Shown in pieces: positions 30,837 through 41,434 of a stretch of 64,000 bases of DNA (position 1 is its first letter; every line of letters starts with the position of its first letter). Position numbers and translations under genes: made by a program. The stretch is from Pseudomonadota bacterium. GTDB taxonomy: Bacteria; Pseudomonadota; Gammaproteobacteria; Steroidobacterales; Steroidobacteraceae. The notes beneath the pieces were generated by a model. It saw nothing but the letters and a program-made list of their open reading frames with translations, did no database searches and was not told the DNA's origin. The DNA is taken from the NCBI GenBank assembly GCA_947449495.1, contig CANFSB010000003.1, positions 16,933 to 80,932 of the forward strand, read 5' to 3'.

Positions 30837-32219
30837 TCAGTCTTGCTGCCAGATAAAACGTCCACGTTGAACACTTGCTTTGCTCGCACGAATGGTGTCG
30901 GCAATGGCAATGTCGGCCAACGCTAGCACTCGAGCCGGCGCATCAGCGTCAGCACTGAGCACCAGCGGCGCCTGGTCCCGTAGCCAGGCGGGCAACTGCG
31001 ATTCACGCAGCAGTGACTTGACGTCCCGGTGCAGTCCCCCGACCAGCAGTTGCTCGCCGCCCGTTCGCCACTGCAACTGCATGCGCTGTGGCAAACAGCT
31101 CAGATCGACATCGCCCCAGGGGTCGCGCTGTAACTGCAGCACTGCGCCGCCGGGCAATGCCAGCCGCGGTTGCACCTGCCAGTGCCAGTGCAGCGGCTGG
31201 CGTGGTGGCGACTCGGCAGGCACCGCCATCCACAGCAAGCGACCGGCATGGCGTCTCACCTGCACCGCGCCCCAGCGCACCACCGGCGTGGCGTCGTGAC
31301 GCAGCTGGGCCAGCCCCAGCAGCGCCTGCAGCCGCTGCTCATCCGGCATCGGGCAGTCCTGCGCCAGCAGCCAAGCGCGCAACAGTGCGCGCTGACGCGC
31401 CGGCGCATAGCGACGCAGCACTTGCAGATCCACGTCGTTGCCGTCAGCCGCTGTCAGCCAATCGCGATGCCCTTGGCCTGCAGCGATCGCATCAGCCTCA
31501 GCAGCCAACTTTGCCGCCCGCGCGACCGTACGCGCCGCGGCAGGCCAGCGCGCCAGCAGTGGCGGCAACACGCTCTGGCGCAGGTAATTGCGGTCAAACC
31601 GCAGGTCGGCATTGCTAGGATCATCGATCCACTCGACGGCCTGCTGCTGTAGATAATCGAGCAGGCTCTGCCGCGGCAGCGTCAGCAAGGGCCGCAACAG
31701 CCAGCCCTTTCCAAGCTGCGCGCGCGCAGCCATACCGGCCAGCCCTGCGGCACCGGCACCTCGCAGTGCCTGCAGCAGCACAGTCTCGAGCTGGTCGTCC
31801 GCGTGCTGCGCCGTCAGCAACCACTCCCCCGGCCGCAAGACCTGGGCCAGCGCGCCGTAGCGCGCCTGACGTGCAGCCTGCTCGACCGAAATGCCCGGGC
31901 CCACTGGCACCTGCACCGGCAACACTCGCAGCGGCAGACGCCAGTGGCGTGCCCAGCGCCGGCAATGGGCACTGAACAGCCTCGCAGCCTGCTGTAGGCC
32001 ATGATCGATGTGCACAGCCCGTATGGTGAGAGTGGGCAGCCCTGCTGCAGCGCGACTCTGACGAAGCTTCAGGAGCGCGTGCAGCAACGCGGTGGAATCG
32101 GCGCCGCCGGACCACGCGACGCACACCGACACTGCAGCGGAGGATTTGACCTCGGTGGCCAGCCAATGCGCCAGCCAGTCGGCATCAAACTGACTGACGC
32201 GATCGATGCGGGCGGGCAT
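30837..32219 (-). CDS. tilS: tRNA(Ile)-lysidine synthase
   Basis: 460 aa. PP-loop VAWSGGADSTALLH. Confidence 0.88.
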   Translation of the reverse strand: MPARIDRVSQFDADWLAHWLATEVKSSAAVSVCVAWSGGADSTALLHALLKLRQSRAAAGLPTLTIRAVHIDHGLQQAARLFSAHCRRWARHWRLPLRVLPVQVPVGPGISVEQAARQARYGALAQVLRPGEWLLTAQHADDQLETVLLQALRGAGAAGLAGMAARAQLGKGWLLRPLLTLPRQSLLDYLQQQAVEWIDDPSNADLRFDRNYLRQSVLPPLLARWPAAARTVARAAKLAAEADAIAAGQGHRDWLTAADGNDVDLQVLRRYAPARQRALLRAWLLAQDCPMPDEQRLQALLGLAQLRHDATPVVRWGAVQVRRHAGRLLWMAVPAESPPRQPLHWHWQVQPRLALPGGAVLQLQRDPWGDVDLSCLPQRMQLQWRTGGEQLLVGGLHRDVKSLLRESQLPAWLRDQAPLVLSADADAPARVLALADIAIADTIRASKASVQRGRFIWQQD

Positions 32220-32236
32220 GACGCCGCGCCGCCGAC

Positions 32237-33202
32237 TCAGGCTGAAGCGTCGGAGAAGACGCCGAATCCAGCCAAGCGCCGAGCGCGCGCTTGCACCAGC
32301 TCGGCCGGCGAAAGCTTGCCCAGCGTATCGAAATGACCCAGCACAGCTGCCTTGATGGCTGCAGCGGCTGACTCAGGATCACGATGGGCGCCGCCCAGCG
32401 GCTCTTTGAGCACCTCGTCGACCAGACCCAGCTTAGCCAAGCGCTCAGCCGTCAGGCCCATGGCATCGGCAGCGATCTCTTTTTTGTCGGCACTCTTCCA
32501 CAGGATGGAGGCGCAGCCTTCGGGCGAGATCACCGAATAAACCGAGTACTGCAACATCACCAGACGATCGCAGACACCGATAGCCAACGCACCACCTGAA
32601 CCGCCCTCACCGATCACTACGCTGACGATCGGTACGCGCAGGGTGGACATCTCGAACAGGTTGCGGGCAATGGCCTCACTCTGGCCACGCTCTTCGCTGC
32701 TGACACCGGGATAGGCGCCGGGCGTATCGATGAAGGTCAGCAAAGGCAAGCCAAAGCGCTCAGCCATGCGCATCAGGCGCAGTGCCTTGCGATAGCCCTC
32801 GGGCTTGGGCATGCCGTAATTGCGCCGCACACGCTCCTTGGTGTCGCGGCCCTTCTGCTGCCCGATGACCATGATCGGCCGACCGTCGAGGCGTGCCAGC
32901 CCACCCACGATGGCAGCGTCGTCGCCAAACATGCGATCGCCGTGCAGCTCTTCGAAGTCGGTGCACAGCATGCTGATGTAATCGAGCGTGTAGGGGCGCT
33001 GCGGATGGCGCGCCAGCTGCGTGACCTGCCAAGGCGTCAGCTGGGAAAAAATAGTGGTGGTCAGCTGGCGGCTCTTGGCGCGCAAGCGATTCATCTCGTC
33101 CTGGATATTGACCTCACCCTCGGAGGTCACGTGGCCCAGTTCTTCGATCTTGGCCTCGAGCTCTGCGATGGGTTGTTCGAAATCGAGGAAATTGACAGCC
33201 AT
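32237..33202 (-). CDS. accA: acetyl-CoA carboxylase carboxyltransferase subunit alpha
   Basis: 321 aa. [22 protein letters not shown]...[10 protein letters not shown]... Confidence 0.97.
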   Translation of the reverse strand: MAVNFLDFEQPIAELEAKIEELGHVTSEGEVNIQDEMNRLRAKSRQLTTTIFSQLTPWQVTQLARHPQRPYTLDYISMLCTDFEELHGDRMFGDDAAIVGGLARLDGRPIMVIGQQKGRDTKERVRRNYGMPKPEGYRKALRLMRMAERFGLPLLTFIDTPGAYPGVSSEERGQSEAIARNLFEMSTLRVPIVSVVIGEGGSGGALAIGVCDRLVMLQYSVYSVISPEGCASILWKSADKKEIAADAMGLTAERLAKLGLVDEVLKEPLGGAHRDPESAAAAIKAAVLGHFDTLGKLSPAELVQARARRLAGFGVFSDASA

Positions 33203-33238
33203 TAGTGGCGAGATCCTATAGCGATCGGGGTGCGCAGG

Positions 33239-36200
33239 TTACGGGGCCGGGCTGCCGGTGCGCAAGCCGGGGCTCGTGGGGGTCTCATACAGCAGTTGCA
33301 GCGCCTCACTGCCCAGCAAGCGCTCCAGCGACTCGAGTAATTCGGCGGTCGGGCGCACCGACCACGCCGGGCCCAGCGCAGCCACACCCTGGGCTTCGCC
33401 GTTTTGGCAGGACACCAGTACCTCGCAATCACCGCCGCGCCAAGGCGTCAGCAACTGCGCCAACTGCGCCACCCGCGCCGCCACTGGCACAGCCGCGATC
33501 TGGGCCGGCCAGCGCAGCAATAGCCGGCGGGCCTGAGTCTCGCGCACCACATCGAGCGACAGGACGCGCTTGGCGGCGACCCGCCAGGCACTGCTGAACT
33601 CGTCATAGCGCAGGTTGCCCTCCACCAGCACCATCGCAACTTTGCCCTCGAGCAGGCCCCGGTACTGCTGCCACAACTCTTCAAACAAGGTGACTTCGAT
33701 ACGACCGCTGCGATCATCAAGCACAAAGCTGGTGCGATTGCCGCGCTTGCGGATCTCCAGCACCAAGCCGGCCACGGTGACCGTACGACCGCCGAAGAAA
33801 CGTCCGCCCTCACCGGCAGCCGGCGGCCGCTCACCGGCAAAATCGGCAATGCGCCCAGACACCAGCCGGGGTAGGTCTTTCTCGAATCGATTGATGGGAT
33901 GGCCAGTCAAATACAGACCCAGCGTCTCGCGCTCGCCTGCCAGGCGCTGCGCCTCGCTCCATTCAGGTTGGGCTGCAATTACCGGGGCCACTGCCTCGAT
34001 GGGCTCAGCGATGCCAAAGAAATCGACCTGACCCGCCGCTTGGGCACGCGCTTGCTGTTCGCCAGCTTGGATGGCCGCGCCCAGTCGTGCCATGAGCGTG
34101 GAGCGATTGGCGCCCAGACCATCCAATGCACCCGCCAAGATCATCGCTTCGAGCACGCGCCGATTTACACGGGTCAGATCAAGACGGCTGCACAGGTCTT
34201 CCAGATCGCGAAACACGCCGCCCTGCTCGCGCTCTGTCACCAGCGCTTCGACCACGCCCTGCCCCACACCGCGGATCGCACCCAACCCATAGCGGATGGT
34301 GCGTGGATCAGCCACAGCAAAGGCATGCCCGGACGCATTCACATCGGGCGGCAGGATGCGCAAGCCCATGCTGCCGCATTCATCAATGAGCGTAACCACC
34401 TTGTCGGTGCTGTCGATATCTGACGACATCACCGCAGCCATGAAGGCCGCTGGGTAATGCGTTTTGAGCCAAGCGGTCTGATACGACAACACCGCATAAG
34501 CCGCCGAGTGCGACTTGTTAAAACCATAGCCGGCAAACTTTTCGATCAGATCGAAGATGTGTACAGCCTGACGCCCATCGACACCACGCTCTTCGGCACC
34601 GGAGACAAAGCCGGCGCGCTGCTTGGCCATCTCTTCAGGCTTTTTCTTGCCCATCGCGCGGCGCAGCAAATCAGCGCCACCCAACGTGTAACCCGACAGC
34701 ACCTGCGCAATCTGCATGACCTGCTCTTGATACAGGATCACACCATAGGTGGATTCGAGCACGCCCTTGAGCGAGGGATGGAGGTAGTCGACTACCGTAC
34801 CGGCAGGGCTATGTTTGCGAGTGATGAAGTCATCGACCATGCCCGACTCAAGCGGACCGGGGCGAAACAACGCCACCAATGCCACCACGTCACCGAATCT
34901 GCTGGGCTTGAGTTTGCGGATGAGATCTTTCATGCCGCGCGATTCGAGCTGGAACACCGCAGTGGTACGCCCGGACTTGAGCAACGCATAGGTCGCCGCG
35001 TCGTCCATCGGCACAGCATTGATGTCCAGCGGTGCATCGCCAGCCTGCGCTCGCAGCCCATTGATGATGACCAATGCACGCGCAATGATGGTGAGCGTAC
35101 GCAGGCCGAGGAAGTCGAACTTCACCAAACCCGCCGCCTCGACATCGTCCTTATCAAACTGCGTCACCACACTTTGGCTGCCTGCTTCACAGAACAGCGG
35201 CGTGAAGTCGGTCAGCACTGAGGGCGCAATCACCACGCCACCGGCGTGCGTGCCGGCATTGCGCGTCAAACCCTCCAGCGCGCGCGCCAGATCGATAAGC
35301 CCATGCACTTCATCGTCGGTGTCGTACAAGCGCTTTAGTTCAGGCTCTTTGGTCAGCGCGTCATCAAGCGAAATGCCCACCTCAAACGGCACCAGCTTGG
35401 CGATGCGATCCACAAAGCCATGCGCGTGACCCAGCACGCGCCCGGCATCACGCACCACTGCCTTGGCCGCCATCGTGCCGTAGGTGATGATCTGCGAGAC
35501 GCGATCACGGCCGTATTTGTCGGCCACATAGGCGATGACCCGATCGCGCCCTTCCATACAGAAGTCGACGTCGAAGTCCGGCATCGACACGCGTTCCGGA
35601 TTGAGGAAGCGTTCAAACAGCAGATCGTGTTCGATGGGATCCAGGTCGGTGATGCCCAGCACCCAGGCCACCAACGAACCGGCGCCAGAGCCACGCCCCG
35701 GTCCCACCGGCACACCGTTGGCACGCGACCAGCGGATGAAGTCGGCGACGATGAGAAAGTAGCCCGAAAACCCCATCGTGCAGATCACATCGAGCTCGCG
35801 CTGCAAACGTGCGTGATAGATGTCGTCGCTAACACCATCGGCAATACGCCGTGCCAAACGCTGCGCCAAACCGTCGGCCGACTCGGCGCGAATGAAGTCA
35901 TCGGCACTGCGTCCATCGGGCACCGGATAGTCCGGCAAGCGACTCTCGCCAAGCTTCAGCGGCAGACTGCAGCGCTGCGCAATGGCAACGCTGTTGGTGA
36001 GCGCTTCAGGCAAATCAGCAAACAAAACCGCCATTTCTTCGGGCGGGCGCAGGTACTGCTTGGCCGTGTATTTGCGTTGCCGCGACGGATCGGCCAACTG
36101 CGTGCGGTCCTGAATGCACACTCGCGCCTCGTGTACGTCAAACTCATCCTCAGCCAGAAAGCGCACGTCGTTGGTGGCCACCACCGGCACCTGGCACTCC

Positions 36201-36769
36201 ACAGCCAACTGCAGTGCGCCGGCAATGTAAGCCTCCTCGCCGCTGCGTCCGACACGCTGCAGTTCCAAGTAATAGCGATCACCGAACAACTGCTGCCAGT
36301 CCTGTAGCTGACGGCGCGCTTCAGCCGCCTTGCCTGCGAGCAAGCTGCGCCCGATATCACCCTCGAGCGCACCCGACAACGCGATCAAACCCGCCACGGT
36401 GTCTGGCGTGAGCCAGTCACGTTCGATGAGCGGGGTATCACGGCGCTTGCCATGCAGATAACCGCGACTGACCAGCCGCGACAAATTCAGATAACCGATT
36501 TCGCTCTGGCACAGCAGTGTCAGGCGCAGCGGAGGATCGCGATCGCCGCCGTCTGCGAGCCACAGATCAACACCCACCAACGGCTTGATGCCTGCCGCCA
36601 GCGCGGCCTTGTAGAACTTGACCAGCGCAAACAGATTGGCCTCGTCGGTCAGCGCCACAGCCGGCATGCCGGCCTTGGCCACAGCGCTCATCAATTCGGG
36701 CACGCGCACGACACTATCGAGCAATGAATACTCGGTGTGCACACGCAAGTGGACGAAAGAAACACTCAT
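33239..36769 (-). CDS. dnaE: DNA polymerase III subunit alpha
   Basis: 1176 aa. FVHLRVHTEYSLLDS PHP domain start and ...PDFDVDFC... palm motif. Confidence 0.98.
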   Translation of the reverse strand: MSVSFVHLRVHTEYSLLDSVVRVPELMSAVAKAGMPAVALTDEANLFALVKFYKAALAAGIKPLVGVDLWLADGGDRDPPLRLTLLCQSEIGYLNLSRLVSRGYLHGKRRDTPLIERDWLTPDTVAGLIALSGALEGDIGRSLLAGKAAEARRQLQDWQQLFGDRYYLELQRVGRSGEEAYIAGALQLAVECQVPVVATNDVRFLAEDEFDVHEARVCIQDRTQLADPSRQRKYTAKQYLRPPEEMAVLFADLPEALTNSVAIAQRCSLPLKLGESRLPDYPVPDGRSADDFIRAESADGLAQRLARRIADGVSDDIYHARLQRELDVICTMGFSGYFLIVADFIRWSRANGVPVGPGRGSGAGSLVAWVLGITDLDPIEHDLLFERFLNPERVSMPDFDVDFCMEGRDRVIAYVADKYGRDRVSQIITYGTMAAKAVVRDAGRVLGHAHGFVDRIAKLVPFEVGISLDDALTKEPELKRLYDTDDEVHGLIDLARALEGLTRNAGTHAGGVVIAPSVLTDFTPLFCEAGSQSVVTQFDKDDVEAAGLVKFDFLGLRTLTIIARALVIINGLRAQAGDAPLDINAVPMDDAATYALLKSGRTTAVFQLESRGMKDLIRKLKPSRFGDVVALVALFRPGPLESGMVDDFITRKHSPAGTVVDYLHPSLKGVLESTYGVILYQEQVMQIAQVLSGYTLGGADLLRRAMGKKKPEEMAKQRAGFVSGAEERGVDGRQAVHIFDLIEKFAGYGFNKSHSAAYAVLSYQTAWLKTHYPAAFMAAVMSSDIDSTDKVVTLIDECGSMGLRILPPDVNASGHAFAVADPRTIRYGLGAIRGVGQGVVEALVTEREQGGVFRDLEDLCSRLDLTRVNRRVLEAMILAGALDGLGANRSTLMARLGAAIQAGEQQARAQAAGQVDFFGIAEPIEAVAPVIAAQPEWSEAQRLAGERETLGLYLTGHPINRFEKDLPRLVSGRIADFAGERPPAAGEGGRFFGGRTVTVAGLVLEIRKRGNRTSFVLDDRSGRIEVTLFEELWQQYRGLLEGKVAMVLVEGNLRYDEFSSAWRVAAKRVLSLDVVRETQARRLLLRWPAQIAAVPVAARVAQLAQLLTPWRGGDCEVLVSCQNGEAQGVAALGPAWSVRPTAELLESLERLLGSEALQLLYETPTSPGLRTGSPAP

Positions 36770-36778
36770 GGATGGCGA

Positions 36779-37348
36779 TCAGCGATTGCGCAAAGGGGCA
36801 AAAGAAAGACGGTGCAGCGGCGATGGCCCGCGCTCGCGCAGCAGGGCCAAATGCTCCGCCGTAGGGTACCCCTTGTGCTCCCCCAGCCGGTATCCCGGAT
36901 ACACCAGATCTAGCCCAACCAGCACGCGATCCCGGGCGCACTTAGCCAAAATGGAGGCGGCGCTGATGGCCGGGATTTTGGCGTCACCCTTGACCACCGC
37001 CTCGGCGCGGTCGCACAGATCAGCCAGCGGCGGCAGCCGGTTGCCATCCACACTCACGTGCTGCGGTCGCAAACGCAGCCCCAGCAGCGCACGACGCATC
37101 GCCAGAAATGTGGCCTGCAGGATATTGAGCGCGTCGATCTCCTCGCTGTCCGCCCAGGCCACTGACCAGGCCAGCGCGTGCTCGCGGATCTGCACGGCCA
37201 GCGCTTCGCGCCGCGCCTCGGACAGTTGCTTGGAATCGCGCAGCCCCACGATGGGACGCTGCGGGTCCAGAATGACGGCAGCGGCATACACCGGGCCGAA
37301 CAGCGGGCCTCGTCCAGCCTCATCCACACCGGCCAGCAGGCTGTGCAT
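36779..37348 (-). CDS. rnhB: ribonuclease HII
   Basis: 189 aa. [15 protein letters not shown]...DSKQLS... Confidence 0.95.
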   Translation of the reverse strand: MHSLLAGVDEAGRGPLFGPVYAAAVILDPQRPIVGLRDSKQLSEARREALAVQIREHALAWSVAWADSEEIDALNILQATFLAMRRALLGLRLRPQHVSVDGNRLPPLADLCDRAEAVVKGDAKIPAISAASILAKCARDRVLVGLDLVYPGYRLGEHKGYPTAEHLALLRERGPSPLHRLSFAPLRNR

Positions 37349-38517
37349 CAGACCCCGATGCCACGGTCATGCAACAGGGCCAACACTGCCGCAGCGGCTT
37401 TGCTGGCGCCGTCCTGACGCAGTTGCAGATGGATGGCCTCAAATGCAGCCTCGCGATGCGGTCGCGCGCCGGCGTCGGTCAGCTGCTGTGTCAGCGCATC
37501 GGCCAAAGCCTGCGGCGTGACTTGCGACTGTAGAAACTCTGGCACCAGCCTCTCGCCTGCCAGCAGGTTCGGCTGCGAGAAGTACTGCACCTTGACCAAC
37601 CCGAGGTGCTTGGCCAAAAAAGCGGTCAACGGTGCCAACCGGTAGGCCACCACCATCGGACGTTTGGTTAGCAGCGTTTCAAGCGTTGCCGTGCCCGACG
37701 CCACCAACACGGCATCGGCCGACGCCAGGACCAATCGCGACTCTCCATCAAGCAGCGTCACCTGTGCCCCGGCGGCCGCCACCTGTGCGGCGAACACCTC
37801 ACGCACCTTGGCAGTGGCCATCGGCGCAATGAACAGCGGGGCCTGACCCGGCGCAGCACGCGACGCCAGCAGCACAGCGGTGGCTGCAAAGTCTGCCCCC
37901 AGACGTGTTACCTCGCCCATGCGGCTGCCCGGCAGCAACGCGATGACCGTGGCATCCAGCGGTAAACCCAATGCAGTGCGTGCCGCACTGCGGTCACTGT
38001 GCAGCGGGATCTGATCCGCCAACGGGTGCCCGACGAACTCTGCACGCACGGCGTGACGCGCGTAAAACGCAGTCTCAAAGGGCAGCAGGCATAGCACCAA
38101 ATCCACAGCTGCGCAGATGCTGCGCACTCGACCCTGACGCCAGGCCCAGACCTGCGGACTGACGTATTGCACGGTGACGCGGCCAGAGTCGTGCAGTTGG
38201 CGCGCCAGCCCAAGATTGAACTCTGGCGCGTCGATGCCTACAAAGACATCCGGTTGCAACTCGAGTAACTCGCGACGGATGCGCCGCCGCAGCCGCAGCA
38301 AGCGCGGCAGATGCCGAAGTATTTCGAACAGGCCCATCACCGCCAGCTCTTCGCTGTGCGCCAGTGCCGTACAACCGGCCGCGATCATGCGCGGCCCGGC
38401 CACACCAATGAAGGTGACGTTAGGATGCAACTGGCGCAGCGCAGCCATAAACGCCGCGCCGAGCAGATCGCCGGAGGCTTCGCCCGCCACCAGCGCAACG
38501 CGCAGTGGCTGCGTCAC
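37348..38517 (-). CDS. lpxB: lipid-A-disaccharide synthase
   Basis: 389 aa. [15 protein letters not shown]...[10 protein letters not shown]... Confidence 0.95.
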   Translation of the reverse strand: MTQPLRVALVAGEASGDLLGAAFMAALRQLHPNVTFIGVAGPRMIAAGCTALAHSEELAVMGLFEILRHLPRLLRLRRRIRRELLELQPDVFVGIDAPEFNLGLARQLHDSGRVTVQYVSPQVWAWRQGRVRSICAAVDLVLCLLPFETAFYARHAVRAEFVGHPLADQIPLHSDRSAARTALGLPLDATVIALLPGSRMGEVTRLGADFAATAVLLASRAAPGQAPLFIAPMATAKVREVFAAQVAAAGAQVTLLDGESRLVLASADAVLVASGTATLETLLTKRPMVVAYRLAPLTAFLAKHLGLVKVQYFSQPNLLAGERLVPEFLQSQVTPQALADALTQQLTDAGARPHREAAFEAIHLQLRQDGASKAAAAVLALLHDRGIGV

Positions 38518-38520
38518 GGG

Positions 38521-39297
38521 TCAGCGCACCAGGCTGCGCGTGGAGTTGGCGATGAAGTCGACGAAGATTCGCAGTTCTTCATGCTCTGCCGCCATCTGCG
38601 TGAGCTTCTCGACTGCCTCTTCCAACTTAAGGTCGCTGCGATACAGCACTCGATAGGCGTTTTTGATGGTGCGGATCTGTTCGGCAGAAAATCCGCGGCG
38701 CTTGAGCCCTTCGGAGTTGATGGTGATCGGCTCAGCCGGATGACCCGACGCCAGCACATAGGGCGGGACATCACGCGTCACTGCAGTGTTGTTGCCGATG
38801 AAGGCATGCGCGCCGATCTTGGTGAACTGATGCGCGCCGGCGTAGCCGCTCATGATCACCCAGTCACCCAACTCGACATGACCGCCAAGCATCACCAGAT
38901 TCGACAGCACGATCTTGTTGCCCAAGGTGCAGTCGTGCCCCACGTGGGTATAGGCCAGCAACATGTTGTCGTCACCCAGTCGCGTCACGCCATTGCCGGT
39001 GACCGTGCCGCGATTGACGGTGCAGTACTCGCGAAAGATATTGCGATCGCCGATTTCCAGCCGTGTGGGCTCGCCGTTATATTTTTTGTCCTGCGGCGCG
39101 TCGCCCAACGAAGCGAACTGAAATACGCGATTGTCGGCACCCAAGCTAGTAGGGCCGTTGATGACTGCATGCGGGCCGATCCAGCAACGCGGTCCGATGA
39201 CCACGTTGTCGCCGATATAGGCAAAGGGACCCACTTCCACATCGTCAGCCAACTCGGCGCTGGACGACACCACTGCGCGGGAATCGATGCGTGCCAT
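38521..39297 (-). CDS. lpxA: acyl-ACP--UDP-N-acetylglucosamine O-acyltransferase
   Basis: 258 aa. Hexapeptide repeats plus ...AYTHVGHDC...GLKRRGFS... Confidence 0.95.
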   Translation of the reverse strand: MARIDSRAVVSSSAELADDVEVGPFAYIGDNVVIGPRCWIGPHAVINGPTSLGADNRVFQFASLGDAPQDKKYNGEPTRLEIGDRNIFREYCTVNRGTVTGNGVTRLGDDNMLLAYTHVGHDCTLGNKIVLSNLVMLGGHVELGDWVIMSGYAGAHQFTKIGAHAFIGNNTAVTRDVPPYVLASGHPAEPITINSEGLKRRGFSAEQIRTIKNAYRVLYRSDLKLEEAVEKLTQMAAEHEELRIFVDFIANSTRSLVR

Positions 39298-39306
39298 GTG
39301 CGTGCC

Positions 39307-39783
39307 TCAGGCCGTCTCAAAGGGCGTGGCGTTGTCAGCGTCGGGAAACAGCATCATCTCGGCCGAGGTGGTCTCTTCACCATCGACATAGGCAGCAGTA
39401 GAGAGTTTCCAGATGCCTTTCATGTTGCGCTCCACCTTGGCGGTGAGGATCAACTGATCACCCGGCAACACAGGGCGGCGAAAGCGCGCCTTGTCGATGC
39501 CGACAAAATAAAAGCGCGTGGTGGCGTTGGGCACTTTGCCGAGCGTGGCATAGGTGAGGATGCCGGCGGTTTGTGCCAAGGCCTCTAGCTGCAACACCCC
39601 GGGCATCACCGGCCGTTCGGGGAAGTGTCCCGTGAACTGCGGTTCGTTGAAGGTGACATTCTTGAGGGCGCGGATATCGACACCCTTGTTGCAGGCCAGC
39701 ACCCGATCCACCAGCAAAAACGGATAGCGGTGCGGCAGGTATTTGAGGATCGCTTGAATATCCATGAACGTGGGTTCAGTCAT
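39307..39783 (-). CDS. fabZ: 3-hydroxyacyl-ACP dehydratase FabZ
   Basis: 158 aa from ATG 39783 in ORF 39307..40029. [13 protein letters not shown]...[23 protein letters not shown]. 8-nt overlap with lpxD. Confidence 0.95.
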   Translation of the reverse strand: MTEPTFMDIQAILKYLPHRYPFLLVDRVLACNKGVDIRALKNVTFNEPQFTGHFPERPVMPGVLQLEALAQTAGILTYATLGKVPNATTRFYFVGIDKARFRRPVLPGDQLILTAKVERNMKGIWKLSTAAYVDGEETTSAEMMLFPDADNATPFETA

Positions 39784-40822
39784 CGCTGTCTTCCTGTTGC
39801 AGTGCAGCCGCGACACCCGCGGACTTCTCCAACGCGGCAAGCCGCGCTGCCATTGAATCGAGACGCTTGATGCGGCCGACGATGCGCCGCCAACTGCGCG
39901 CCTCTTCGACCGGCAAGACGCTGGAATAAAGACCGGGCTTATCGATGGATCGCGTGACCATGCCAAAGCCGGTGATGAAAATATCGTCGCCCAGCACCAG
40001 ATGGCCAGCCATGCCAGTGCCGCCACCAATCATGCAACGTTTGCCGATGCGTGTGCTGCCAGCAATGCCGACGCAGGCCGCCACCGCCGTGTGCTCGCCG
40101 ATGACCACGTTGTGGGCAATCTGGATCTGGTTATCAAGTTTGACGCCGTCACAGATCACCGTATCGCCCAGCGCGCCGCGATCGATGGTGGTATTGGCGC
40201 CGATCTCCACGTCCTCACCCACCCGCACCGTGCCCACCTGCGGCACCTTGGTCCAGCCCTGCCCTTCGCGCGCATAACCAAAGCCATCTGAACCGACCAC
40301 ACAGCCCGGGTGCAGCGTGCTGCGTGCGCCGATGCTGACGCCATCACACACCGTAACCCGCGCCAGCAGGCGCACGTCATCGGCCAAGGTGACTTGCGCG
40401 CCGACTGTGCAGTGCGGGCCCAACAGCGTTCTGGCACCGATTTTGGAGCCGGCGCCCACCATGCACCAAGGCCCTACTTCAGCGGTGGGATCAACTTGCG
40501 CGTCGGGATGCACCAGCGCAGTGGGATGAACACCAGGCACTACCACCGACTGCGGATGCAGCAGAGTGGCTATACGAGCAAACGTGGCGTGTGGGTTGGC
40601 GCTAACCAGCGCGGGTACCGGCGACTGCGGTGCCAACTTGGCGTCGACCACTACAGCGGCTACACGGGCGGCGAGGAGCTCGGGCAGATAGGCCTTGCTG
40701 GCCACAAAGCCCAGCACTGCACCCTCAGAGTCGAGAGTGCCGACAGACTCGACATAGATATCGGGGTTGCCGTGCAGCTCGCAGCCAAAGCGGACAGCGA
40801 GCTGACCTAGCGTCAGAGCCAT
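39776..40822 (-). CDS. lpxD: UDP-3-O-acylglucosamine N-acyltransferase
   Basis: 348 aa. Left-handed beta-helix hexapeptide repeats in a conserved lpxD-fabZ-lpxA-lpxB context. Confidence 0.94.
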   Translation of the reverse strand: MALTLGQLAVRFGCELHGNPDIYVESVGTLDSEGAVLGFVASKAYLPELLAARVAAVVVDAKLAPQSPVPALVSANPHATFARIATLLHPQSVVVPGVHPTALVHPDAQVDPTAEVGPWCMVGAGSKIGARTLLGPHCTVGAQVTLADDVRLLARVTVCDGVSIGARSTLHPGCVVGSDGFGYAREGQGWTKVPQVGTVRVGEDVEIGANTTIDRGALGDTVICDGVKLDNQIQIAHNVVIGEHTAVAACVGIAGSTRIGKRCMIGGGTGMAGHLVLGDDIFITGFGMVTRSIDKPGLYSSVLPVEEARSWRRIVGRIKRLDSMAARLAALEKSAGVAAALQQEDSDD

Positions 40823-40858
40823 GGGGAAGGCTGCGGGAACGCCCGCGCAGCCTGCGCC

Positions 40859-41410
40859 TTACTTGCCAGCCGGCTTGGCGGCCGGTGCGGCCTTGCGATT
40901 CTGCAAGCTGGTGATGATGGCCGGAGTGATATCCAGACCATTGGTGACATAGATGACGCCATCAGCCAGCACCAGGTCGAAACCCTGTGCTTTGGAATAG
41001 GCCTGCACCTCGTCTACCAAAGACTTCTGCAGCCGGCCCATCTCTTCATTGCGGCGGGCATTAAAGTCATCTTGCAGCTCCTGCTGACGGCGCTGCAGAT
41101 CGCGAGCCCCATCGCGCAAGTCTTTTTCGGCGCGGGCGCGCTGATCGTCGCTCATGGTGGCGGCGTCTTTGGCCAGCTTCTCTTCCTTGGTCTTGAGCGA
41201 GGTCTGCGTGCGCTGCAGCTCATTCTCACGCGGCGTGAACTCGTTGCGGATGGCATCGGTAGCCACCTTGGCTTGGGGCGATTCGGCCATCAGGCGCTGG
41301 TAATTGACCACACCGACCTTGAGGTCTGCCAGCGCGGGGGCCGACAGCAAGGAACCGCAAAGTACCGCAGCGGCGATCACAGACTTGAGCTTGAAATTCA
41401 CGCTAAACAT
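40859..41410 (-). CDS. skp: periplasmic chaperone Skp (OmpH family)
   Basis: 183 aa. Signal peptide ...SAPALA/D and a Lys/Glu/Gln-rich coiled body. Position between bamA and lpxD. Confidence 0.88.
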   Translation of the reverse strand: MFSVNFKLKSVIAAAVLCGSLLSAPALADLKVGVVNYQRLMAESPQAKVATDAIRNEFTPRENELQRTQTSLKTKEEKLAKDAATMSDDQRARAEKDLRDGARDLQRRQQELQDDFNARRNEEMGRLQKSLVDEVQAYSKAQGFDLVLADGVIYVTNGLDITPAIITSLQNRKAAPAAKPAGK

Positions 41411-41434
41411 CCTCCGTTGAACCCGGTACAGGCA

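Noticed and set aside
38311-39588. 425-aa plus-strand ORF antisense to lpxB, lpxA and fabZ
   Set aside because: It is a GC-driven antisense frame across three well-conserved genes. Its composition is His/Arg/Gly/Ala-rich and it has no family resemblance.
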